From the NCBI GenBank assembly GCA_039586365.1, contig JBDHKN010000075.1, positions 1-27,927 of the forward strand: 27,927 bases of DNA. Direction: 5' to 3'. The DNA is from Gemmatimonadota bacterium. GTDB taxonomy: Bacteria; Gemmatimonadota; Gemmatimonadetes; Gemmatimonadales; GWC2-71-9. The notes below the pieces were generated by a model, which saw nothing but the letters and a program-made list of their open reading frames with translations, was not told where the DNA came from and made no database searches. Positions within the stretch are counted from its first letter, which is position 1, and every line of letters starts with the position of its first letter. Of the stretch, positions 1-7,275 are shown piece after piece. A program made the position numbers and the translations under genes.

Positions 1-368
1 GCGATCAGCGAGTCTCTGGCATCTGCGTATGCCTGCTCCAATTCCGCAGCGGAGTAATAGAGGGTATCCTCGCTCCCCTCAATCATGTTCATTATCTCCG
101 GCCACCAATGAAGCTCTGTGCTGAGCCGCCAGACGCTGCCCTGACCATCTATATACCAACCCCAGCTCTGATGGCCCCAAGCAAAGTTCTCATAGGATAC
201 GTGAAAGAGAACTTCCTGGGAGATCTCTGCGGCTGACGCCGGCGCGCCGTTCTTCACAAAGTGGGACGCGAGTTCGCCACATCCAGCCGCGACATCCCCC
301 ACCGGTTGCACACTTCGATCACTGACTGTAATCAGCCCGGAACAGACTGCCCTCGATCGTCTGTTCAA
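1..368 (-). CDS. Partial hypothetical protein, probably exported (runs off the left edge; absent from the ORF track because its stop lies outside the window)
   Basis: Hand translation of the minus frame is open from a TGA at 482-480 to position 1: ...EISQEVLFHVSYENFAWGHQSWGWYIDGQGSVWRLSTELHWWPEIMNMIEGSEDTLYYSAAELEQAYADARDSLI. The YxNxAWGxQxxGWxID segment is protein-like and resembles uncharacterised FCB-group exported proteins (from memory). The TTG start at 368 is a guess. Confidence 0.65.
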   Translation of the reverse strand, partial: MNRRSRAVCSGLITVSDRSVQPVGDVAAGCGELASHFVKNGAPASAAEISQEVLFHVSYENFAWGHQSWGWYIDGQGSVWRLSTELHWWPEIMNMIEGSEDTLYYSAAELEQAYADARDSLI

Positions 369-494
369 CGTGCTGGGGCTGGAGATCGTCGTCGAGGCTG
401 GAACCGGCTCAGAGGCGGCGTATGAGGTTGCGCTGGAGTGTCCCAAGGGTACCGTATTGCTCAAGTGATGCGGCGCCGCTCACTGACGGCAGCC

Positions 495-608
495 GTGTGA
501 CGGCGCACCAAGCTACCAGGTGTGGGGTGTTCGTTTTCTTGACCGCCGTCGGAGAGATCGATGGAGCGGTGAGATCGAGTTGCCAGGCAGCTGGTGCCCA
601 GGTTAGGC
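495..608 (+). repeat. attC-like site 1 (degenerate R'')
   Basis: GTGTGAC-ggcGCACCAAGCTaccagg ... ccaggcAGCTGGTGCccag-GTTAGGC. The arms pair with one extrahelical base and R' is a perfect GTTRRRY. Confidence 0.7.
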
Positions 609-650
609 AAAGGTCCGCTGGATAACGCACGCCGCGAGGGGGAAACGAGC

Positions 651-1157
651 ATGGACAATCTGCGACTTCGTGAGATCCTCAATCTTCTCGACCCGCCCGC
701 GGGCAGGCGCTTGTGGTACGGCGGGGCCAGGGTCGCCGGTTGTGTTCGGGGTGTCACGCCCGAGCAGGCCGCATGGCAGCCGGCTTCCAAGCGGCACTCC
801 ATCTGGGAGCTGACGCTACATCTAGCGTATTGGAAGTACGCGGTGCGCCGGAACCTCGAGGCCTTGCCGCAGGGAACGTTTCCCCGATCGCCGGCGAATT
901 GGCCAGCCGTACCCAAGCCGGCGGGTGCGCCGCAATGGAAAGCCGATTGCGCGTTGCTGCGCTCGGAGCACTTGCTGCTGGTGGAGGCGGTGCGGGCGTT
1001 TGATCCGCGGCGACTGGATGAGGCGGCGCCGGGCAGCGGGAACTTCCGATTCGTTGACCTCTTGTTCGGTATTGTGAGTCATGACCTCTATCATGTTGGC
1101 CAGATTCAGGTCTTGAAGCGCTTGTACCACAATCGGCGCCGCCTCACAGGTGCATGA
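651..1157 (+). CDS. DinB/YfiT-family putative metalloenzyme (DinB_2)
   Basis: AAWQP..RHSIWELTLHLAYWK and SHDLYHVGQI His-triad pattern. The ATG at 651 is preceded by GAGGGGG; the track's GTG start at 594 lies inside attC site 1. Confidence 0.85.
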   Translation: MDNLRLREILNLLDPPAGRRLWYGGARVAGCVRGVTPEQAAWQPASKRHSIWELTLHLAYWKYAVRRNLEALPQGTFPRSPANWPAVPKPAGAPQWKADCALLRSEHLLLVEAVRAFDPRRLDEAAPGSGNFRFVDLLFGIVSHDLYHVGQIQVLKRLYHNRRRLTGA

Positions 1158-1269
1158 GGGTGAGAGCGCGGTAGTAGCGGTCGGTTTGTGTGCATGGTGG
1201 AGCTAATGGGAACCGAGACATTGGCTCTGGTGGCTGGAAGCGCGCAGCTCATGGGCCGAGTCGTTAAGC
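1141..1269 (+). repeat. attC-like site 2
   Basis: GCCTCAC-aggtgCATGAGggtgagaGCGCG ... GCGCGcagCTCATGggccgagtc-GTTAAGC. R' is consensus; in R'' AAC has become CAC. Confidence 0.75.
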
Positions 1270-1284
1270 CGCAGCGGGTATAGC

Positions 1285-1883
1285 ATGATACTGAATCGTG
1301 TCGAGTACATCCTCATGAACAACCCGATTCGTGCGGCTGTCCAGCGTTTCGTCGAAGTGCGTCGCCTCCTGCGTTTGGGTGGTGCCCTGGACGGCGGAGC
1401 TGCGCTTGAGATCGGGTGCGGACGAGGTGTGGGGGCGCAACTGGTTCTGGGCCACTTTGGCGTCGCCTCACTGGATGCGTTTGATCTCGATCCCCGCATG
1501 GTCCGTCGGGCTCGTGCCCGCTCAGAGAACTGGGGCAATCGGGTTCGGTTGTGGATGGGTGACGCCGCAGCCATCGCAGCGGCGGATGCAACCTACGACG
1601 CGGTATTCGACTTTGGGATCCTCCACCATGTTCCTCAGTGGCGAGTAGCACTGGCGGAAGTGTCGCGGGTTCTCAAACCGGGGGGGCGGTTCTTTGCTGA
1701 GGAAGTGCTGAGGCCGTTCATTCAGCTTGCGGTGAGTAGGCTGCTGTTTGATCACCACAGAGTGAGCGGTTTGACGCCGTGGAGTTTCAGGCTGGAATGA
1801 GGGAAGTCGGACTTCAACCGGTGGGTTGTGAGGAGCTCTGGGGCGTGATCGCATGGTTTGTTGCTGATAAGATTGCCGCCTAG
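1285..1883 (+). pseudogene. Class I SAM-dependent methyltransferase with a 1-nt frameshift near 1755 (true pseudogene or sequencing indel)
   Basis: Motifs LEIGCGRG, DAFDLDP, YDAVFDFGILHHV, VLKPGGRF. As written it ends at 1800 in HHRVSGLTPWSFRLE. Adding one C to CACCAC gives DHPQSERFDAVEFQAGMREVGLQPVGCEELWGVIAWFVADKIAA*, with the TAG (1881-1883) inside the R'' box of the next attC. Confidence 0.8.
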
Positions 1884-1968
1884 CAGGCGGATGAAGTGTG
1901 CAGACGCTGTTGGAGGATCGGCGAACACCCTTCTGGATTGGTCATAGTATGCCGTAAGAGCGTTGGTG
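1878..1968 (+). repeat. attC-like site 3 (strongly degenerate)
   Basis: The left arm GCCTAGC-aggcggATGAAGtgtgc aligns with the other sites. The right arm tagtatgccgtaagagc-GTTGGTG pairs poorly. Confidence 0.55.
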
Positions 1969-2002
1969 ATATACTGACAACGAGCAAGACCGAGGTGACA
2001 CC

Positions 2003-2575
2003 ATGGAGAGAAGAGTCATCACCACTGGACTAATGGCCGGGCTCGTCGTTGTCGGATGGACATCGGTATCATACGGCCTAGTGCGCATTCGCGATGAACT
2101 TGGCTACAAGGAGGTCTCCCACGAGGAGACTGTCCTGGCTGTGTTGGACACCAACCTTACAGAGACTGGCCTCTACCTTGTCCCGGGTCATAGCCCGCCA
2201 GATTCATTGTTCAGAGCACGGTACGCTGAGGGTCCGCTGTTTAGGGTCCATTCTCTTAGGAGTGGAGCTGGAGGGGCACTTCACGTCATCCTGCCGATCC
2301 TCGCATTGATTGCCGCGCCGATCATCCCGACGTGGCTGGTGTGGAATCTCTGCCAACGTGGAGGACCCAGATTCGGGGTGCGCGTCGTCATTGTGGCGCT
2401 CTTCGGCGTGTTCGTGGCGCTCACGACCGACCTGCGGCTGTGGGGAATGGAACTGTACCCTCTTAGCTACACGCTGTTGCTTGCCTTCGGCAGCGTGACC
2501 ACCTGGATCCTTGCTGGTCTGGTCGTTGCCTGGAGAATCAAGCCGTTGGTTGACCGTCCGCCCGAATCGCTATAG
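2003..2575 (+). CDS. Hypothetical integral membrane protein (about 4 TM segments, one large loop)
   Basis: GAGGTG RBS before the ATG; hydrophobic segments at the N-terminus and in the C-terminal half; loop EETVLAVLDTNLTETGLYLVPG. Confidence 0.8.
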   Translation: MERRVITTGLMAGLVVVGWTSVSYGLVRIRDELGYKEVSHEETVLAVLDTNLTETGLYLVPGHSPPDSLFRARYAEGPLFRVHSLRSGAGGALHVILPILALIAAPIIPTWLVWNLCQRGGPRFGVRVVIVALFGVFVALTTDLRLWGMELYPLSYTLLLAFGSVTTWILAGLVVAWRIKPLVDRPPESL

Positions 2576-2608
2576 TCGGCTTCCAAGGTGCAAGGAACTG
2601 GTCCACGA

Positions 2609-3295
2609 ATGAGACCGCACGTCGTGATACACAGCCAAGTCAGTCTCGACGGTCGCATGGATTGGCTCCGGATCGACCCGGGACTGTACTACGAGCTAGC
2701 AGCGCGCTGGAAGGAAGACGCGACTCTGGCCGGTAGTGATACGTTGCTGGCTGCGGTTGCCCAATTCGCGGAGGAACCTTCAGAACAAGACACCTCAGCG
2801 ACCGGCCGGAGCGGTCCTCTGCTGGTGGTGCCGGATAGTCGCGGGAGGTTGAAGCATTGGGAGGCACTGCTGTCAGCTCGGTACTGGAGGGGCGGTCTCG
2901 CGCTGTGCACCAAGGTCACGCCGAAGAGACACTTGGAGTATTTGGACGAGGTTGGAGTGGAGTCACTGATGGTTGGTGATGACCGAGTCGACCTTTATGA
3001 GGCTCTCGAGTGCCTGTCGGGTCGTTACGGCACCAAGACCGTCCGGGTCGATAGCGGTGGAACTCTGAACGGCGTTCTGTTGCGAAACGGTTTGGTCGAC
3101 GAGGTGAGCGTGTTGATCAGCCCGTGTCTTGTAGGGGGAGTAACGCCAAAGACACTGTTTCGCGCACCTGACCTGACCGAGGTAGCCGATGTGATCGGCC
3201 TGCGGTTGATCGGTCTCGAGAAGCTTCAGGATGATGTGGCGTGGCTGAGGTACAGTGTACTCCACAACAAAGTCAGTGAGGAAGATAGCCGATGA
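2609..3295 (+). CDS. RibD C-terminal domain (pyrimidine reductase / DHFR-fold) protein
   Basis: MRPHVVIHSQVSLDGR, LLVVPDSRGR, VRVDSGGTLNGVLLRNGLVDEVSVLISPCLVGG. Stand-alone reductase domain with no deaminase. ATG at 2609 preferred over GTG at 2588. Confidence 0.85.
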   Translation: MRPHVVIHSQVSLDGRMDWLRIDPGLYYELAARWKEDATLAGSDTLLAAVAQFAEEPSEQDTSATGRSGPLLVVPDSRGRLKHWEALLSARYWRGGLALCTKVTPKRHLEYLDEVGVESLMVGDDRVDLYEALECLSGRYGTKTVRVDSGGTLNGVLLRNGLVDEVSVLISPCLVGGVTPKTLFRAPDLTEVADVIGLRLIGLEKLQDDVAWLRYSVLHNKVSEEDSR

Positions 3296-3567
3296 CTTGC
3301 ATGCTGTGCCGCAATCGAGTTGTGGACTTTGTACAGTGGAAGACCATGTTTGCCTCTCACTCAGCGGCCCACCAAGCCGCCGGCCTTCAGCTCGTCAATG
3401 TCTGGCGCAGCGTTGAGGAACCCAACAACGTTTTCTTCATGTTCGAGGTTGCCAGCCTAGAGAAGGCCCGGGAGTTCGTCAGTAATCCCGAGGCCGCCAG
3501 AGCTGGAGAAGCTTCGGGTGTGGTCGATGGCGAGTATCATTTCATCGAAGCTGCGGGGAGTTACTGA
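3292..3567 (+). CDS. Small hypothetical protein, probable dimeric alpha/beta-barrel fold
   Basis: 91 aa; ATGA overlap with the upstream stop; GAGG RBS; pattern VxDFxxWKxxF...AGL...VWRSVEEPNNVFFMFEV...AREF. Confidence 0.75.
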   Translation: MTCMLCRNRVVDFVQWKTMFASHSAAHQAAGLQLVNVWRSVEEPNNVFFMFEVASLEKAREFVSNPEAARAGEASGVVDGEYHFIEAAGSY

Positions 3568-3569
3568 AT

Positions 3570-3628
3570 GCCGAACCATGGCGTGCGGCTGCCGGTCATT
3601 TGTGCCGCATCTGACGCCGAGGTTGCCA
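3570..3628 (+). repeat. attC-like site 4 (59 bp, AAC and GTT cores intact)
   Basis: GCCGAAC-catGGCGT[g]CGGCTGC[c]GGTca-tt-tgtGCCGCATCTGACGCCgag-GTTGCCA. The arms pair with extrahelical G and C. It starts 3 nt after the upstream stop codon. Confidence 0.75.
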
Positions 3629-3704
3629 CACCGGCACCCGATGGGCTCTTGAAGCCTCACTGACGTTTCGAAATGCAAGCGGCGAGTTCCGGCGAAACTG
3701 CGAA

Positions 3705-3825
3705 GTCGAGCAGAGGCTCTTGCAGGGCCGGGTGACCGAGCGCCTGAGATTGATTCGAGAGAGCGAGAGAGAACTGCTGTCCTGACATGGTTCGCGCTCG
3801 CAGCCTATTGCCAGAGTCGTGATGC
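3705..3825 (+). repeat. attC-like site 5 (right arm clear, left boundary uncertain)
   Basis: GGGTG[ac]CGAGCGC (3730-3743) pairs with GCGCTCGCAGCC (3794-3805). The right end gagtc-GTGATGC parallels gagtc-GTTAAGC of site 2, with GTT changed to GTG. Confidence 0.55.
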
Positions 3826-3851
3826 AGCCTTCCAGAATTGAGGGGTGATCC

Positions 3852-4235
3852 ATGGATCCCGGCGAACAACGCTCCCTTATCGACCGTTACCTCGTAGCCT
3901 ACAACGCCCGCGACATCGACGGGATGATGGCGACGATTCACCCTGACGTTCAGTTCAAGAACGTCTCTGGCGGCGAGGTCAACGCTACAGCTTCGGGCGC
4001 GGACGAGTTCCGCCAGTTGGCCGAGCAGTCGAAAGGATTGTTCTCATCGCGGGAGCAAACGGTGAGGGCGTTCGAATCAGATGGGGACAAGGCGGTCGTT
4101 GAGGTGGGGTACGAGGCCGTATTGGCCGTGGACCTGCCGAACGGCATGAAGGCGGGGGAAACACTGCGACTCGACGGGCGCTCGGAGTTCGTCTTTCGGG
4201 ACGGGAGGATCTACCAACTTGCGGACTACAGCTGA
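3852..4235 (+). CDS. SnoaL-like / NTF2-fold protein
   Basis: LIDRYLVAYNARDIDGMMATIHPDVQF...G.SEFVFRDGRIYQLADYS; GAGGGG RBS. Confidence 0.85.
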   Translation: MDPGEQRSLIDRYLVAYNARDIDGMMATIHPDVQFKNVSGGEVNATASGADEFRQLAEQSKGLFSSREQTVRAFESDGDKAVVEVGYEAVLAVDLPNGMKAGETLRLDGRSEFVFRDGRIYQLADYS

Positions 4236-4251
4236 TAGCAGCGGTATGGCC

Positions 4252-4300
4252 GCATGACAGGGGCATGAGCCTGTCGGACACCCAGTGCCCGTTGTTGGGC
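4252..4300 (+). repeat. attC-like site 6 (short, probably internally deleted)
   Basis: GCATGAC-agGGGCATgagcctgtcggacacccaGTGCCCgtt-GTTGGGC. R' is consensus and the left arm aligns with the other sites; only 49 bp. Confidence 0.6.
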
Positions 4301-4326
4301 GGGCCTGACGAGTTTGACTGAGAGAG

Positions 4327-4809
4327 ATGCTTGTGTTCGTTCTCATACGTGCGGTCACCTACGCTACGCTTTTCATCGGCCTGGTGCTGGTGTTCCTGCC
4401 GGCGCAGGTATTGTCTGGGGCGGGCATCCACCAGCCCGCAGTGTTCGGAATGCCGCAGGTCAGCGGGATGATGATCGCAGCGACGGGTGCAGTCGTAGCG
4501 TTATGGTGCATACTGGTGTTTGCCCTCGTCGGCAAGGGTACCCCCGCACCGTTCGACCCACCGCGTCGGTTGGTTGTTCGGGGGCCTTACCGCCACGTCC
4601 GGAACCCAATGTACCTTGGTGCGGGCCTCGCGCTCGCCGGAGCTGCACTCTACTATCAGTCGTTCGAGCTGCTTGGCTATACGGGTGTATTTTTCGTCTT
4701 CGCGCACCTATTTGTGGTGTTGTATGAGGAACCGACTTTGAGACGCAGCTTTGGAGCGGAGTACACCGCGTACTGCCAAACGGTGCGCCGGTGGTGGCCG
4801 AGACCATGA
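4327..4809 (+). CDS. Isoprenylcysteine carboxyl methyltransferase / PEMT-family membrane protein
   Basis: GKGTPAPFDPPRRLVVRGPYRHVRNPMYLG and YEEPTLRRSFGAEYTAYCQTVRRWWP family motifs; several TM helices. Confidence 0.9.
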   Translation: MLVFVLIRAVTYATLFIGLVLVFLPAQVLSGAGIHQPAVFGMPQVSGMMIAATGAVVALWCILVFALVGKGTPAPFDPPRRLVVRGPYRHVRNPMYLGAGLALAGAALYYQSFELLGYTGVFFVFAHLFVVLYEEPTLRRSFGAEYTAYCQTVRRWWPRP

Positions 4810-4840
4810 GCTAGCCTGCTCCATCCTGTAGAGCAAACTC

Positions 4841-5619
4841 TTGAAACAGCAACGAACGCCTGAGGTCACGCTGGAGAAGGTCGGCCCCGACAACCTACCG
4901 GATTGCGGTATCGGCTGCATCAGGAATCCGAAGCACGAAGGCTTTGAACCTAAGGTCGAGTGGCTGCAACAGCGTTTCGCCGAAGGCCTGCGATTCCTGC
5001 TCTTCCGTGACGGAAAGGGCAAGCCTCTTGCATTCCTCGAATGCGTGCCGGGCGAATTCGCTTGGCGGCCCGTGGACGCCGCAGGCTGGCTGTTTGTCCA
5101 TTGCCTGTGGGTCTACCCCCCAGGGCAAGCGGTGGGCGGGTTGGGGAGCCGTTTGATCCAGGCATGCCTAGAGGAGGCGCGACGGGCGGGCGCCAGAGGC
5201 GTCGCAGCCATGGTGAGTGAGGGTCCCTGGATGGCAGCGAAGCAAGTGTTTCTTAGGAATGGTTTCGCTGAAATTGCGGAGAGCGACCGCTTCCAGTTGA
5301 TCATTCACAGGCTTGGGAAAGGGCCGGAGCCACGCTTCCGCAACATAAGCAAGAAGTGGGCAAAGCAACGGGGGCTGCACATCGTGTCATGGCGGGCGAA
5401 CACGGCCTGGAAGTCAAGGTCACGGTGCTGCGCAGCGCCCGCGCAGCGCAACACGCGCCTTCCTACTACGGTGTCTTCAATCTCCTGTGGAACGGGCGGC
5501 TGCTGTCAGATCATTACGTCAGTAAAGGACGCTTCAGGAACATGCTGAAGAAAGAGATCCTGGGGGCCAATGTCAGCTCGAGACGAACAGACAATCTGCG
5601 TGGTCATTGTGACCGTTGA
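4841..5619 (+). pseudogene. GNAT-family / YoaP-domain protein disrupted by a frameshifting internal deletion near 5387
   Basis: The first frame gives the GNAT part (FLECVPGEFAWRPV, WLFVHCLWV, GLGSRLIQACLEEA) up to GLHIV. A second frame resumes at 5389 with MAGEHGLEVKVTVL..AQHAPSYYGVFNLLWNGRLLSDHYVS (YoaP-like). The YxxQCP-helix segment that normally links them is missing. Confidence 0.8.
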
Positions 5620-5908
5620 CGCGAACACCGAGACCATCGGTGAGGTCACAGCTCACGCACAGTACGGTCTGAAGCGCTTTGCGGAGTTTGATGGCTTCAT
5701 TTGTGGCGTTCTACACAGGCACGCCAACGGCACGCGCATCGTGCAGTATCTTCGCTGGCAATCTGAGGCGGATCATCTCGCCTGCATGAACCATCCACTG
5801 TGGGATGATGTCCCATCCTCCCGGCGCTTCTTGGGCCTCGTGAACTCCGGCCAGATCCGCGTGGACGTTGGTGTGTACGACGTCATTGCTGAGCAATACC
5901 CTGACTGA
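5570..5908 (+). CDS. Antibiotic biosynthesis monooxygenase (ABM)-like protein
   Basis: FDGFICGVLHRHANGTRIVQYLRWQSEADH fits the ABM GFxxxxLHxxxDGxxVVNYAQWES pattern; 112 aa. Confidence 0.75.
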   Translation: MSARDEQTICVVIVTVDANTETIGEVTAHAQYGLKRFAEFDGFICGVLHRHANGTRIVQYLRWQSEADHLACMNHPLWDDVPSSRRFLGLVNSGQIRVDVGVYDVIAEQYPD

Positions 5909-5915
5909 TGCAGCT

Positions 5916-6012
5916 GCCTGGCAAGCTGCCGAAGCTTTCGGTCTGCTGCGTGGTATCCCTGGCCTGCTGCCATTACGGCGGCCGGCTACACCTAGCGGCA
6001 ATAGTGTGAGGC
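5916..6012 (+). repeat. attC-like site 7 (both cores mutated)
   Basis: GCCTGGC-aagcTGCCGaagctttcggtc ... ggctacacctagCGGCAatagt-GTGAGGC. The outer GCCT/AGGC and TGCCG/CGGCA still pair. It starts 8 nt after the ABM stop. Confidence 0.6.
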
Positions 6013-6046
6013 AGATCTCAGCTCCGATCGTTGGTCACAGAAGACT

Positions 6047-7114
6047 ATGAGCCTTGCTGCATATGGCTGGAATGAGGCGTGGGCAGGGCGTCTGGCGGCA
6101 GCTGACTGCGGTCGAGGCATGGCAGCGCGAGTGCTTGCAGAACATCGCGAGCTGTATCGAGTTCACACGGGTGCCACGGAGCTGCCGGCCTGGATTTCCG
6201 GTCGACTCCGCCATGATGCTTCGAGTGTTGCAGACCTCCCCGCCGTTGGTGATTGGGTGGTGATGGAGCACGGTGGTGCGTGCGACGCCGCTCTTATTCA
6301 CTGTGTCCTGCCACGCATGTCGACGTTTTCTCGGAAGGCAGCCGGGAAGCGAACTGATGAGCAGATTGTCGGGGCCAACGTTGACACCGTGTGGATCGTA
6401 TCCGCCTTTGACTCTGATCTGAACCCAGCCCGACTCGAGAGGTATGTCACCCTGGTTTGGGAGAGCGGAGCGTCTCCCGTTGTGGTGGTTGCCAAAGCCG
6501 ACCTCTCCGAAGCGCCGGAGTCGATCGTTGCGGGTCTGACTGCACGAGTAGTTGGGGTTCCCATCCATGCGGTGAGCGCCATTGATGGTGCCGGTCTTGA
6601 GGTGCTTCGCCGATACCTGGCGCCCGGTCAGACGATTGCCTTGCTCGGGTCATCTGGTGTCGGCAAGTCGACCCTAATCAACCGCCTTGCTGGACACGAG
6701 GTCATGCGGACGGTATCGGTTCGCGCGAGCGATGGTAAGGGACGTCATACGACGACACACCGGCAGCTGGTGCTTCTCCCATCTGGTGGACTGCTACTGG
6801 ATACGCCCGGCATGCGTGAGCTCCAGCTTTGGAGTTCCGATGAGGGACTCGAGAAGAGCTTCCCGGATATCGATGCAATCGCTGCTGGATGTCGGTTTGC
6901 AGACTGCCGTCACGAGTCCGAACCGGGATGTGCAGTCCACGCGGCTGTTGAGAGTGGCGAACTCGCTCCAGGGCGTCTTGAGAACTTCAGAAAACTCACG
7001 AGGGAGCTGGCCTATTTCGAGCGGAAGCGGGACGTGCGAGCAGAACTTGAGGAGAAGCAGCGCTGGAAGGAGTTGACCAAGGAGTATCGGCGCAGGTTCA
7101 AGGGCCGGAAATAA
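6047..7114 (+). CDS. rsgA: Ribosome small subunit-dependent GTPase A (circularly permuted GTPase), long paralog type
   Basis: OB-fold PAVGDWV; G4 AKAD, G5 VSA, G1 GSSGVGKS, G2 GRHTTT, G3 DTPG in permuted order; Zn finger CRFADCRHESEPGC. Confidence 0.95.
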   Translation: MSLAAYGWNEAWAGRLAAADCGRGMAARVLAEHRELYRVHTGATELPAWISGRLRHDASSVADLPAVGDWVVMEHGGACDAALIHCVLPRMSTFSRKAAGKRTDEQIVGANVDTVWIVSAFDSDLNPARLERYVTLVWESGASPVVVVAKADLSEAPESIVAGLTARVVGVPIHAVSAIDGAGLEVLRRYLAPGQTIALLGSSGVGKSTLINRLAGHEVMRTVSVRASDGKGRHTTTHRQLVLLPSGGLLLDTPGMRELQLWSSDEGLEKSFPDIDAIAAGCRFADCRHESEPGCAVHAAVESGELAPGRLENFRKLTRELAYFERKRDVRAELEEKQRWKELTKEYRRRFKGRK

Positions 7115-7119
7115 GATCC

Positions 7120-7256
7120 GCCTAACGAGTGGATGAGACTGACGAACACATGATTGGACAGGCAGGTCGTTGGTAGATGTGCATGTTCATGGCAAGTTGA
7201 CAAATCCCACCGCCGGATAGCGGCGAGGGGGCTCCATACCCCACGGAGCGTTATAT
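7120..7256 (+). repeat. attC-like site 8 (last in the array; AAC and GTT cores intact)
   Basis: GCCTAAC (perfect RYYYAAC, 6 nt after the rsgA stop)-gaGTGGATGagactgacg ... cCATAccCCACggagc-GTTATAT; 137 bp. Confidence 0.7.
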
Positions 7257-7275
7257 TGGCTCCTCTATGTGTTAT

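Larger units (their letters stand above)
495..7256 (+). mobile_element. Degenerate integron gene-cassette array (distal end, or CALIN); no intI or attI in the window
   Basis: Ten short unrelated + strand genes of families typical of cassettes. Eight imperfect palindromes lie between them, with alignable left arms (GCCTAAC-like 7-mer, 6 nt, then ATGAAGCTGAC-like) and right arms (GCAGCT(C/T)AT-like ... GTTRRRY-like). Confidence 0.8.

Noticed and set aside
2609..3295. dfr-type trimethoprim resistance cassette
   Set aside because: Motifs match the RibD C-terminal reductase family, not DfrA or DfrB; no resistance claim is supportable.
7197..7225. Perfect TTGACA -35 hexamer inside attC site 8
   Set aside because: No acceptable -10 element at 16-18 nt spacing, so it is not called as a promoter.
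495..7256. CRISPR array, prophage or IS interpretation of the repeated intergenic motifs
   Set aside because: The repeats are non-identical palindromes separated by whole genes; no cas, phage or transposase genes and no terminal inverted repeats.
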